Source of the DNA: a virus
Direction: 5' to 3' (one strand)
Virus record (IMG/VR): IMGVR_UViG_3300035034_003774
Length of the DNA stretch: 64,000 bases
The notes beneath the pieces were generated by a model, which worked only from the letters and a program-made list of their open reading frames with translations, was not told the origin of the DNA and made no database searches. Shown in pieces: positions 54,038 through 63,734 of the stretch; within the stretch, counting starts at the first letter, position 1; each line of letters begins with the position of its first letter. The translations under genes and the position numbers were made by a program.

Positions 54038-56758
54038 TTACAACCTTGGGTCAAGTTCATACTCCTTCTTCTCCTCAAGAACCATCTCTGCACAAGCCTG
54101 AACATAACTCTTGTTTTCTTTTCCTATCTTGTTGTAAGGAATTTCAAGAAGTCGCTTACCAATTTCCCACTCTTTAACAGAAACCTCCAACTTCTTAAAC
54201 GTTTTCTTACGACTAATAAGTTTTGAAAGTTTTTGTGGCATAAGGTAATCTGGTCCATAAATAATTGTTAGATACCTTGGGTTCCTAACTTTTATAGATG
54301 GAGCAACACCCTCGGTATACACATCCATAGGTTTAAGCATAATACCTTCCATTTCCTCTACATTAGTAGTGTTATCATAGAATTCTTTAAGCTTTTGAAT
54401 TTCTTCCTCCGAATTGATGTCGATGACAACAAATTCATCATCATTAACAGCGCTATAAACTTCCTCATTAGTAGAGTTGAAGAATAGCTTCTCAGAGCCA
54501 TCATCAAACACTTGCTTTAAGATAGAGAATGGCTTAAAATGAACATCTCCATCCGAACCATAAAGCTCTATCTGTTTTGAATATATTTCAGAAGCCTTCT
54601 TAAGATCATCCAGATTGGAGAACTCTCTATCAAAATCTCTAATACATCTGTAAGTCATAGCTCTATTTGAGCCGAACTTCTTGTCTAAACTTTTTCTTGA
54701 GGCCTTGTGCTGTACATTCTCATAATCAGACTCAGCATAAGGGCCATTAAAAATTTTATTGAACTCTTCTTCAAAACCAGTCTTCCTAAGAAAATCAATC
54801 TCACTATGAATAGCCTTATCTACAGTTACAAAATTCTTTTCAATCATGCCTCTACCCATTGCAGACCAAGGGAGAAGCTCAGCATCAAGAATTAATAACT
54901 CTGTCCCACTTTTGAATGCTTCCTTAACAAATGGAAGTTCATAAAGAGGTTTATACGCATCTGTTAGATCAAGTTTCTCTGGCTTAATTCTAAACCCACC
55001 TCTTGATGTAGAGTAGTTTTTATCTGGGTCAGAAAATAAGTATATATTAGCTCTTGAGCCCATGTACTTAGGCTGGGCCACCACTTTAGAAATACCTTTA
55101 CTTTTAAAGTAGTTTACCGCCTGATCTAAAGACTCAAGCTCACTATCCTCAAGAATGACTTCTTTATTTTCATCCTTTGAGATCACTTTATTCGCTGGAC
55201 AAATTGTTCCAGAAACAAAATTAACACCCCCCTCTGAAGCATAATAAATTCTTCCACGATCTCTACCTTCAAGATCATCTAAACTAACCTTTGGGGGTGG
55301 AGTGTAGAAAAAGTCATTAAGCTCTTTGCTATTAATCTTTTCATTGTACTTAGAGGAAACCTCCTTAATGAATGGTCGACCCCATGTATTAACAACAACA
55401 GAAGTTAGCTTACCTCCAGATACACATCCAGTATCAATATTTATCTTATTAGACTTAATCCCAACCCTATCAGTTGAAACATGCCCAAATACATGAGTTG
55501 GATATGATCGAGAAGATTGATTCCTGAAATAACTAAAGAACTTATACTTACTGTATAGGTACTCCGCCTTATCATCAAACTCCTGACGCTTTGGATAAAC
55601 TACAGTCATCTGGTTTCTTTCAGAGTTCTTGCCAAGCTTACCTAAATATTTCTGATCACAAGGAGCATGAGTAACAATGAAGTCATCTGACTTTAGAAAT
55701 GGCTTCATGACATCAAATATGTCATAAAACTTTTGCTTAAGCTCATCATCATCTCTAAAAAGCTCAATACTATCAAAATAAGTGTCAATAACGTCTTGAG
55801 GCGGAAGGTCTTTTACTCTTATTCCAGAATTATTATCTGAACCTTCAGATTCAAGATAATGAAGGTATTTGTAAACAAAGTTTTCATGATTACCCTTCAC
55901 CATGTGGAACCAGTCCATGTTATCATGCACAAACTCAATAACTGCACGAACATCATAACCTTTATCAACAAGATCGCCCACAAGAACTATTTTCTTCCCG
56001 CTTTCTTGACCAGTTATTTTACCGTTCTCAATTTCAAAATCATTCTTTTCAAGAAGTTTGATAAACTCATCGTAACAACCATGAATATCACCAATGATTA
56101 CATATTCTCCTTCTGGGAGCTGGCAATCTTGGTATCTATCATAGTTTGTTATGTTTATATCAACCTTATCAAGATTATGAGATTTGATTTTGTAAATATC
56201 TCTGAAATGTTTTTTACTAAGTTCAGACATAACTGTCTTTCTCATGTAATCAACTTGACGATGAGTTGTTCGCTTGTTCTCCTCACTATCTTTATCAATA
56301 AATTTCTCATAAGCTGACCTACCCTTATAATCAAACATAACAACAGCGATGTTATAATTATTCTTATAGGCTATATCCTTGATCTCATCTCTAAAGCTTT
56401 TCTTAAGCCCAGTTGAGTCAACTACAACAAAATCAGAATTTATTGGATACGATGTAAGAGCATCAACCTTTGATTTAAGTACATCAAAAGCTGGAACACT
56501 TGCGTGCATCATTCTTTTATCACTTTTAGAAAGCGAATCATCTCCAAGAAATTCCTTTCTAATGTCATCAGAAGAAATTCTATGTATTGAAACATCGCCC
56601 TGAGCCTTTAGCGAAGGGATTAGCTTGTTTTCTGTAAAATATGTCTTACCACACCCACTTGGACCAACGAGTAATACGATGGTGTGCATCCTCAAGTCGA
56701 TATTAACGACTTTGGACTCTCTGGGAGTATTCTTTACTTTGAATGTCTCTTCTTGCAT
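54038..56758 (-). CDS. polynucleotide kinase-phosphatase (Pnkp-like)
   Basis: N-terminal P-loop kinase (LLVGPSGCGKTY), central calcineurin-like phosphoesterase (GDIHGCYDEF, GDLVDKG, GNHE), and a ~400-aa C-terminal domain with a possible KYMGSR motif I. Probable true start at internal Met24 (MHTIVLLVG). Confidence 0.6.
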   Translation of the reverse strand: MQEETFKVKNTPRESKVVNIDLRMHTIVLLVGPSGCGKTYFTENKLIPSLKAQGDVSIHRISSDDIRKEFLGDDSLSKSDKRMMHASVPAFDVLKSKVDALTSYPINSDFVVVDSTGLKKSFRDEIKDIAYKNNYNIAVVMFDYKGRSAYEKFIDKDSEENKRTTHRQVDYMRKTVMSELSKKHFRDIYKIKSHNLDKVDINITNYDRYQDCQLPEGEYVIIGDIHGCYDEFIKLLEKNDFEIENGKITGQESGKKIVLVGDLVDKGYDVRAVIEFVHDNMDWFHMVKGNHENFVYKYLHYLESEGSDNNSGIRVKDLPPQDVIDTYFDSIELFRDDDELKQKFYDIFDVMKPFLKSDDFIVTHAPCDQKYLGKLGKNSERNQMTVVYPKRQEFDDKAEYLYSKYKFFSYFRNQSSRSYPTHVFGHVSTDRVGIKSNKINIDTGCVSGGKLTSVVVNTWGRPFIKEVSSKYNEKINSKELNDFFYTPPPKVSLDDLEGRDRGRIYYASEGGVNFVSGTICPANKVISKDENKEVILEDSELESLDQAVNYFKSKGISKVVAQPKYMGSRANIYLFSDPDKNYSTSRGGFRIKPEKLDLTDAYKPLYELPFVKEAFKSGTELLILDAELLPWSAMGRGMIEKNFVTVDKAIHSEIDFLRKTGFEEEFNKIFNGPYAESDYENVQHKASRKSLDKKFGSNRAMTYRCIRDFDREFSNLDDLKKASEIYSKQIELYGSDGDVHFKPFSILKQVFDDGSEKLFFNSTNEEVYSAVNDDEFVVIDINSEEEIQKLKEFYDNTTNVEEMEGIMLKPMDVYTEGVAPSIKVRNPRYLTIIYGPDYLMPQKLSKLISRKKTFKKLEVSVKEWEIGKRLLEIPYNKIGKENKSYVQACAEMVLEEKKEYELDPRL

Positions 56759-56763
56759 ATCTA

Positions 56764-56792
56764 TTTATACGTTAATTTTCTAAAATTGTTAC
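56764..56792 (-). promoter_or_regulatory. sigma70-like promoter GTAACA-N17-TATAAA
   Basis: minus strand GTAACAATTTTAGAAAATTAACGTATAAA; -10 only 6 nt from the annotated ATG 56758, supporting a downstream true start. Confidence 0.45.
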
Positions 56793-58093
56793 TTAAACTT
56801 GACAATAATTCCCTGACTCGGTGAAACACCTTCAACAACATCTCCAATTCCGAACCATTCAATAAGCTCAAGTTTGTCCTTAATTGGATATAAAACACCA
56901 TTCATGAAGTCCTTAAACTGCTTATCATCCCATTCAAAATCATGATCTTCATGACGCATCCCTTCCATAAAGTAATTGTCATTAAACCTTACGTCTGGAG
57001 TTGTTACAATTAGAGTTCCTATATTAGGAACATCAAGCATTTCTTTAAGCAGTTCTGTAGCTTTATGTGGCTCCATATGCTCAATAACTTCAGTGCATAT
57101 AATATCAATCTTTTGGTTGTTTCCATCTCCAGACTCAAGAAACTGATCTACTGTTTTATAGAACTCTACATTCTTAAGACCTTTTCTCTTGACTCTTTTC
57201 TCAGCCTTCTCTCTAACATCGTCATCAATATCAACAGCAAAATAATTAAGGTCCTTCATAAATCTGTTAAACCTACTTATATACTTACCTTCACCGCAAC
57301 CAACATCAAGAATGCTATTTCTAAAATCAAGTCTCTCTTGAATTGCCATCTGACGAGCTTGCCATGTATCTCCATACTTTATCTCAATGTCTTTCTGAGT
57401 ATTTTTTGACAAATCCTCTTGAACGCTTTTAAATGTCTTGAAGTTGATCAAGAATCTTTTCTTAAACAAGTATCTCACAAAATATGGAGCATCAATAATA
57501 TTCATGCATCTAACATACTTCATAGCATTTTCTTCATTGACATACATTGGCTCGTTATTAACGATTGCCTGGAATATTCCAAATAGACTGGCGAAATTTA
57601 AAAGCTCATATATAGACTTCTTTGTAGTAATTTTGATTTGATAATTCTTCCCACTAACCACCTCGTGTTCTACTTTATAGTCTGGGAAATAATCATTAAA
57701 TGCATCAATGTACCTTGAGTTCCATACATAAATCATATTAATAAAGAACACACTTTCGTTACCGCCTTCATCTTTTTTGGTGCCATCTACAATTGAATAC
57801 TCATTAGATTTAAAAGCACTCCTAAGCATATCATCAATAGCGCTTACTACAAAAGTAGCAGAGTTATATCTGGATGTGTTAAGGTATTCAAAAGTCTCCC
57901 CCTCATGAGATGGAAATGAAACTTCATCACTACCATCCTTGAAGAATAAATTATACTCCTGTTCACTACCTTTGGTGTAATAACCAAATATAGTACCCTG
58001 TCTCATAGTTTTGGCTTGAAGTCCTGTAGCAGGATTCTTACTAATAATAAATGAAAAGTCTTTATTATCACTCTTTAATTGTACAATACTCAT
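56789..58093 (-). CDS. Hen1-like RNA 3'-terminal 2'-O-methyltransferase (SAM-dependent MTase in C-terminal half)
   Basis: motif I ILDVGCGEGKY, post-I YFAVDIDDD, motif II DIICTEVIEHM; adjacency to Pnkp-like gene as in the bacterial Pnkp/Hen1 operon. Confidence 0.5.
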   Translation of the reverse strand: MSIVQLKSDNKDFSFIISKNPATGLQAKTMRQGTIFGYYTKGSEQEYNLFFKDGSDEVSFPSHEGETFEYLNTSRYNSATFVVSAIDDMLRSAFKSNEYSIVDGTKKDEGGNESVFFINMIYVWNSRYIDAFNDYFPDYKVEHEVVSGKNYQIKITTKKSIYELLNFASLFGIFQAIVNNEPMYVNEENAMKYVRCMNIIDAPYFVRYLFKKRFLINFKTFKSVQEDLSKNTQKDIEIKYGDTWQARQMAIQERLDFRNSILDVGCGEGKYISRFNRFMKDLNYFAVDIDDDVREKAEKRVKRKGLKNVEFYKTVDQFLESGDGNNQKIDIICTEVIEHMEPHKATELLKEMLDVPNIGTLIVTTPDVRFNDNYFMEGMRHEDHDFEWDDKQFKDFMNGVLYPIKDKLELIEWFGIGDVVEGVSPSQGIIVKFK

Positions 58094-58094
58094 T

Positions 58095-58343
58095 TTATGA
58101 CTTATTTATTTTTTTATTACCACCCTTATTAACCCCCAAAGTTTCATCATAATTTTTAAAAACGTCATTCGACTCTTTTTCTATGAATTCAACTAAATAT
58201 TTAAGAGCTTGTTCTGAATTCATTCCATTTTCCCCTACCTTACCTTTCTCTATAGCTCCTTTAACTGTTTTTGCAGCAACTGAAAAAGCTCCTACAGAAG
58301 CCATCGCTTGATCAAGTAAGTAATCCTTAGAATGTTCATCCAT
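58095..58343 (-). CDS. hypothetical small protein
   Basis: 82-aa ORF. Confidence 0.3.
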   Translation of the reverse strand: MDEHSKDYLLDQAMASVGAFSVAAKTVKGAIEKGKVGENGMNSEQALKYLVEFIEKESNDVFKNYDETLGVNKGGNKKINKS

Positions 58344-58351
58344 AACAATAT

Positions 58352-58380
58352 TTTATACGTTGATAAATTAAAAATGTTAC
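58352..58380 (-). promoter_or_regulatory. sigma70-like promoter GTAACA-N17-TATAAA
   Basis: minus strand GTAACATTTTTAATTTATCAACGTATAAA. Confidence 0.45.
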
Positions 58381-58381
58381 T

Positions 58382-59098
58382 TTATCTTCCAGTTTTATCT
58401 GGATTTGCTGGAGTAGTTTTCTTTATTAGCCTTTCAACGTTGTCTGATATGTTATTTTCATCATACTTGCTATTAAGGTGATCTAGTAACTTTTCGTGAT
58501 CTTTTCTTAGAGCTTCATCCTTGTTGTAATTCTTATCAGTCAGGAATGGATTGTACATCTTCTGAATTATCCTTGATACGTTATAAGCATCATCTCCACC
58601 TCTATGAGCAGTACCCTCAAATCCCATGTTCATAAAATTAAGTGCTTGAGAAACTCCAAGGTCAGTGTTTATACCATAAGTAAAACTAAATAAAGGTTTG
58701 ATATTGAAGTGGGTTCTATGAAACGGGTTTCTAATTTTTTTAAGATCACAATCTCTCTGAAACTGATGTTTATCGTACATCCCCCAACTAAACCAAATTC
58801 TATCTCTCGACTTATACTTCTTTTCAAGTATATCACAAGCCTCAGCAAATGAAACACCATGCTCATCAATATAGTCTTGAGTCAATGTTGTAAGCTCTGT
58901 ACAAAAATCGCTAATCTCAGAAAACTCTGGCTTAACAATTATTGTATCCTTAAGAACAATCTCCTTTGTGTTAAAATCAACTCCAGATATTCCTATCTCT
59001 ATTATCTCGTTGTACATACCCTTTGGCGGTCTACCTTTCCAGCAAGTTGCTTCAAGATCAATAACCAGAGCAATGTCTCTTTTCATTTTTCTTCCCAT
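58382..59098 (-). CDS. DEDDh 3'-5' exonuclease (ERI-1 / 3'hExo-like RNase)
   Basis: Exo I ALVIDLEATCW, Exo II WFSWGMYDKHQF, Exo III GTAHRGGDDAYN. Confidence 0.55.
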   Translation of the reverse strand: MGRKMKRDIALVIDLEATCWKGRPPKGMYNEIIEIGISGVDFNTKEIVLKDTIIVKPEFSEISDFCTELTTLTQDYIDEHGVSFAEACDILEKKYKSRDRIWFSWGMYDKHQFQRDCDLKKIRNPFHRTHFNIKPLFSFTYGINTDLGVSQALNFMNMGFEGTAHRGGDDAYNVSRIIQKMYNPFLTDKNYNKDEALRKDHEKLLDHLNSKYDENNISDNVERLIKKTTPANPDKTGR

Positions 59099-59373
59099 TT
59101 TATGTCTATTTCTTTTTTAAACTTATAATACCAATCACATGCTCTTTCATCATCAAAATCTTCAAAATCTATAGGCTTTAATTTTTTCCACAAATATCTT
59201 ACCTCAAGATTCCCGACCTTTTTGTCATAGGGTCCCCACCCATAGTCAATAGGGTCGTTAATAACATCTCCAAAATGAGCTCTATACCTTAATGAAGTGT
59301 TTGTTATGAAATAATGAAGCCATATCTTAAACCTATCCTCCCTACTCAATTTTATTTTAGACTTATAAATCAA
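59083..59373 (-). CDS. hypothetical protein
   Basis: 96-aa ORF. Confidence 0.25.
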   Translation of the reverse strand: MIYKSKIKLSREDRFKIWLHYFITNTSLRYRAHFGDVINDPIDYGWGPYDKKVGNLEVRYLWKKLKPIDFEDFDDERACDWYYKFKKEIDIKWEEK

Positions 59374-59376
59374 TTT

Positions 59377-59580
59377 TTATTCTTTTTCTTCGTCATTTTC
59401 ATCACCTTCTTTGTCCTCCAACATTACTTCAAGTATGGAGGCGTTATTAGCGATGGAATTACGCATTTTTTTGGCATATTCAGACCATTTATCTACATCA
59501 CCTCTATTCCAGTTTGTTCTTACAGATTCTCTTAAGTTTTCTATAGCCTTTTTAACAATTTTTTCTTCTAAACTATTCAT
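59377..59580 (-). CDS. hypothetical small acidic protein
   Basis: 67-aa ORF. Confidence 0.25.
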   Translation of the reverse strand: MNSLEEKIVKKAIENLRESVRTNWNRGDVDKWSEYAKKMRNSIANNASILEVMLEDKEGDENDEEKE

Positions 59581-60097
59581 TTATTACCTGTTTTCTCATG
59601 TTCTTAACCCATTTAGAATTTCCTATATCACCATCCTTAGCTTCAACTAACTCGCAGTGATTCTCTTTCTCGTTTATGATATATGCTGGAAAGCCTGTAG
59701 CAATTGATTCTGCCTTCATATCCATTCCATCTTTATGTGGAAGTTCATGCTTCCCACCTCTTATTAATTCTATGCTACCATTTCCCTTGGTCCACGAAAG
59801 AGGCATGAATAACAAATTTTTATCATCCAAAAAGCTATAGCGCATCATTACAATTCCGTAAGTCCATTTGTGTCCATATCTCATATCGTCATCAATATAT
59901 TCAAATATCATTTCAAGCCTTGGATACGGAAGCCCCTCTCTTATTCCTGAGTTTGGAATTGTAAAATGTCTCTGATACGCTGTATCAACAAGTGAATTAA
60001 AAATTTCAAGCCTTTCAACTTGACTCTCTAATTCCTCCACTCTTTCCTCTTTCTCATCTAATAGATCAGACAACCTTTCTTCTGCTGTTTTTTTCAT
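59573..60097 (-). CDS. hypothetical protein
   Basis: 174-aa ORF. Confidence 0.3.
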   Translation of the reverse strand: MKKTAEERLSDLLDEKEERVEELESQVERLEIFNSLVDTAYQRHFTIPNSGIREGLPYPRLEMIFEYIDDDMRYGHKWTYGIVMMRYSFLDDKNLLFMPLSWTKGNGSIELIRGGKHELPHKDGMDMKAESIATGFPAYIINEKENHCELVEAKDGDIGNSKWVKNMRKQVINE

Positions 60098-60639
60098 CTC
60101 TTTAGTTTTATGTATCCTGGTGGGACCTCATCAACAAGGTAAACGCCATTTTGTGAAATATATATTTTATGACCATCAGCCCTAAGTCTCATAGCCTCTA
60201 CTTCAAGTATTACAAACTTCCCTCTCCTGGCACCAACTTGTGATGCAACTTCAACACTCGGACTTAAATGAACATGATGTCTTTTCATTTTATTAAGACC
60301 ACTCTTCATTATAGCATCTACAGATTTCTCTGGAGCGCCATGGTAAAGAATTCGTGGAGGCTTAACTTCTTCAAATTCAATTTTAACATCAATTGAATGT
60401 CCTTGATTAGCTCTTATTTTTGTGAGGTCCTCACTGAAGGAGAACCTTTGCTTGTCACTATTATCGACAACACACTTTAGCTCATCAAGTGTAAATTCAA
60501 CCTTATGCTTTGCTTTTTCAATAAGTACTTTAACATCGGTCCAGCCATTGTCTTCAATGGTTATACCAATATCTTCTGGGCTATGTCTAAGCCAATATGA
60601 AATAGACTTACTTATCTTTTTTTCTTTTTTCTTTTCCAT
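60094..60639 (-). CDS. kptA: RNA 2'-phosphotransferase Tpt1/KptA
   Basis: ISKSISYWLRHSPEDIGI..DNGWTDV, RFSFSED..IRANQGHS, ILYHGAP, HHVHLS. Confidence 0.75.
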   Translation of the reverse strand: MEKKKEKKISKSISYWLRHSPEDIGITIEDNGWTDVKVLIEKAKHKVEFTLDELKCVVDNSDKQRFSFSEDLTKIRANQGHSIDVKIEFEEVKPPRILYHGAPEKSVDAIMKSGLNKMKRHHVHLSPSVEVASQVGARRGKFVILEVEAMRLRADGHKIYISQNGVYLVDEVPPGYIKLKR

Positions 60640-61174
60640 CTAATTTATCCATTATTTCCAAAATAATCTTTTCCTTAGCACCTGGACCTATACCTTTAAC
60701 ATTGGTATACTCTATGTTGTTGTCAGTAAGAAAATCTACAATAGCATTATCAACTTTCTTAGCACCCTCTGAATCCTGATACCTCCCTTCTTGTTCGTAT
60801 GGAACTGCGTCATCTCTTAAAATAAGATAATTCATATTATCATACTTACCATATTCCTTAAGTACCAAGTTCTTTAACTCTTTGCACTTGGTGGTGTCAT
60901 ATATACTTGAAAATATAAATGGAGAATCGGTGATGATCACGTCAACCTCATCCTTCATAGTAAAAAGCTGATACTGCTGCTTTCCAAAGATGTAGATTTG
61001 ACTCTGAACAGCTTTCTCAGATTTTTCCCTAAGTTTCTTCTTAATGTATTCTGGTGATATTTCTGCAGAAATATATCTTCTCTTAAGTTCAGAGAAAATC
61101 TCTGATGTTAGAATTGATTTTCCCACTCCTGGGCCTCCTATTAAATTTACAACTATTGCGTCTTTTTTGTACAT
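60608..61174 (-). CDS. P-loop NTPase, small kinase-like (start reassigned to Met at 61174)
   Basis: MYKKDAIVVNLIGGPGVGKS Walker A at N-terminus. ORF-track start 61273 would read through the upstream terminator hairpin. Confidence 0.45.
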   Translation of the reverse strand: MYKKDAIVVNLIGGPGVGKSILTSEIFSELKRRYISAEISPEYIKKKLREKSEKAVQSQIYIFGKQQYQLFTMKDEVDVIITDSPFIFSSIYDTTKCKELKNLVLKEYGKYDNMNYLILRDDAVPYEQEGRYQDSEGAKKVDNAIVDFLTDNNIEYTNVKGIGPGAKEKIILEIMDKLDGKEKRKKDK

Positions 61175-61182
61175 GTATATTA

Positions 61183-61213
61183 AAATAAAAAAGAGCCCCT
61201 TTTGGAGACTCTT
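61183..61213 (-). terminator. rho-independent terminator after UVR-domain gene
   Basis: AAGAGTCTCC-AAAA-GGGGCTCTT hairpin then TTTTATTTTA on minus strand. Confidence 0.45.
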
Positions 61214-61262
61214 GTGATTTCGCTCTCCTTGGAGCAAAAATAACGAAAATATTTTAATAGTA

Positions 61263-61673
61263 CTAATTAACATCGTTTAATTTATCCCTGATCTTTGCAG
61301 CCTTTTCGAAATCTTCACTATCAACAGCCTTTTCAAGCTCTTTATGTAACCAATCTGCACTATTTTTTATATTTTCTAAATTTAGACATCTTAGCTCTTC
61401 AATTTTAGTATCTGGGAAGAACCCGCTTATAGCATTTGCTGTTATGTTACCAGTAAGTTCAATTAACAAATACTTCTCCCCCTTCTTCATTTTAAGTTCA
61501 TCCCTAATTTCATCACTTGAAAGGTTTGTGGTGAATATTATTCCAAAACTCCCAATTCTCTCTGTAGTAACAGCTATATGCTTGTTTATATAAGCCGTCT
61601 TAACTGCGATGTAACTATCAGAAACACCCTCTTGATCAATTATGAATAAATATGTCTTCAACTCCTCTGGCAT
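61263..61673 (-). CDS. hypothetical protein with C-terminal UVR domain
   Basis: EKAVDSEDFEKAAKIRDKLNDV. Confidence 0.35.
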   Translation of the reverse strand: MPEELKTYLFIIDQEGVSDSYIAVKTAYINKHIAVTTERIGSFGIIFTTNLSSDEIRDELKMKKGEKYLLIELTGNITANAISGFFPDTKIEELRCLNLENIKNSADWLHKELEKAVDSEDFEKAAKIRDKLNDVN

Positions 61674-61675
61674 AA

Positions 61676-62197
61676 CTAAACTTTATCGTTTAAAGATAAT
61701 TTGTAATTACTAAACTCCTCCTGACCTGTAACTTCCACTATAATTTGATCTCTAATTACTTCTGGAATTTGTTTTATGTTGAAACTTTTGAAATCCTCTT
61801 CATTATCAAACTCAACCTCCATCACAACTAGCTTTATGTCGTGGTAGTCATCTATCTCCCAATTAAACCCTCCGCTACGATAAACATGGCGAGTCTTTAG
61901 TATTTCAGTATGAGGTTTCTGTAGCATTTTTCTAAAATCATCCTGACTTATGCGCTCTTCCATTTCCTCAAACACACCAGTTGATATTGGCTTTTTTATA
62001 CACTTAACATAACTCCTATCAACAATGGGAGATGAACCTTTCTTACTAAACTTTTCGTGCATTCTAAACCTTACAACCTGATCTTCAAGATCAATGTATA
62101 TCTGGTGAATTAAAAAGTTATCATGCTCACGATGCCCAAGTGTAGGAACCCTCTTAAGCAAGTACTTTCTTTCTATTTCTAAATTATCTTTATTCAT
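61676..62197 (-). CDS. CYTH-domain triphosphate tunnel metalloenzyme
   Basis: N-terminal LEIERKYLLKRVP (EIERKFLV signature). Confidence 0.5.
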   Translation of the reverse strand: MNKDNLEIERKYLLKRVPTLGHREHDNFLIHQIYIDLEDQVVRFRMHEKFSKKGSSPIVDRSYVKCIKKPISTGVFEEMEERISQDDFRKMLQKPHTEILKTRHVYRSGGFNWEIDDYHDIKLVVMEVEFDNEEDFKSFNIKQIPEVIRDQIIVEVTGQEEFSNYKLSLNDKV

Positions 62198-62198
62198 C

Positions 62199-63734
62199 TT
62201 ACTTTTTTCTATAGTCCATATTTAATTTTGTCGATCTTACGTAAGCTCTAATCATTTTAATTTCAGGAACTGTCTTTTCATAACCATAAAGCTCCTTCAT
62301 CGTCTTTCTCATCGAAGAGTCGCTTGTATTAAAAACGATGTCTTCCATTTTTATTTGAGATGGATGATCGTAACCGCAAGCATGTGAAACTTCCATAATA
62401 TCCTTTCTAAGAGTTTTTATAAATCGACCAACTCTCTCAGACTTATCCTCTACATTCACACCCTTTTCAAGCCACCAGTTATGAGTTGCAATTCCAGCAG
62501 GACATCTACCAGTGTGACAAACCTTTGCTTGTATACACCCAGCAGACATCATAACTTCTCTTGCAATATTAATTAGATCAGCACCCATAGCAAATGCAAC
62601 TGCAGCTCTCGTTGGATGCCCAAGCTTTCCAGATGCAATCCAAGTCACATCACTTTCAATTTTCTTGTCTTTAAAAATCTTGTACACCTTAGAAAATCCA
62701 TCCTTAAGCGGAAGCGACATGTTATCAGCAAAAGCTGAAGGCGCAGCTCCAGTTCCTCCTTCTCCACCATCTATTGTAATAAAATCTGGACCCTTTCCTG
62801 TTGATTTTATAATTTCCGACAACTCTTCCCAGAAGTCAGTTTTACCAACCGCCGACTTAATACCCACTGGAAGTCCAGTTAACTCAGCTATTTCTTCAAT
62901 AAGGTCAACAAGTTCTGATGTATTTTTAAATGCTGTGTGATAAGCTGGAGAATGAACCGTCTTACCCTCTTCAATGCCTCTTATTTTAGCGATCTCAGCA
63001 TTAACCTTCTTACCTGGTAGTATTCCGCCTTTTCCTGGCTTAGCACCTTGAGATAGCTTTATCTCAATCATTCTTATGTCTCTATTAGACTTTGTTAATG
63101 AGTGAAGTGCGTCGATGTCAAAAACACGCTTTCCATCCACTGTCTTACCACAGCCAAAATATCCTGTTCCAAAGTGAAATACAACATCAGCTCCATTTCC
63201 ATGATATTTTGTAGAGAAACCTCCTTCTCCAGTATTGTGATAAGCTCCAGCTATGTATGCCCCTCTGTTATTTGACTCTGTTGCCTTTTTCCCAAGTGAA
63301 CCATAACTCATTGCAGATATATTAACAATAGATAGAGGTAAGTAAGGTTTATCTCTTAATCTTCCTATAACCTTAGCGCAAGGAGCAAAATCTTCTGGCA
63401 TCGCTTCGTTTCTTTTAAATGGAAATGAACTTGTGTTTACAAAGAAGTGGCCATTTTCATAAAAGTTGGCGTCCGAGCCAAATCCAGTTAGATTATTCTC
63501 TCCTTTGGCGGAAGAGTATATGTAGCTTCTCCAAACACGATCAAAAGGTTTCTCCTCTCTATCGTGAGCAACCCAATACTGCCTTAGCTCTGGTCCAATC
63601 TTTTCCAAAAAATACCTTAACCTACCCACTAATGGGAAGTTACTTATAATTGTATGCTTCTTATTAAAGATGTCGTAAACTGCTACTAAAGCAATTACTG
63701 CAATTATCGAAAATACTACTGTCATTGTGCTCAT
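62199..63734 (-). CDS. FMN-binding glutamate synthase (GltS central domain) family protein, membrane anchored
   Basis: N-terminal TM; IEIKLSQGAKPGKGGILPGKKV; GADLINIAREVMMSAGCIQAKVCHTGRCPAGIATHN. Confidence 0.6.
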   Translation of the reverse strand: MSTMTVVFSIIAVIALVAVYDIFNKKHTIISNFPLVGRLRYFLEKIGPELRQYWVAHDREEKPFDRVWRSYIYSSAKGENNLTGFGSDANFYENGHFFVNTSSFPFKRNEAMPEDFAPCAKVIGRLRDKPYLPLSIVNISAMSYGSLGKKATESNNRGAYIAGAYHNTGEGGFSTKYHGNGADVVFHFGTGYFGCGKTVDGKRVFDIDALHSLTKSNRDIRMIEIKLSQGAKPGKGGILPGKKVNAEIAKIRGIEEGKTVHSPAYHTAFKNTSELVDLIEEIAELTGLPVGIKSAVGKTDFWEELSEIIKSTGKGPDFITIDGGEGGTGAAPSAFADNMSLPLKDGFSKVYKIFKDKKIESDVTWIASGKLGHPTRAAVAFAMGADLINIAREVMMSAGCIQAKVCHTGRCPAGIATHNWWLEKGVNVEDKSERVGRFIKTLRKDIMEVSHACGYDHPSQIKMEDIVFNTSDSSMRKTMKELYGYEKTVPEIKMIRAYVRSTKLNMDYRKK

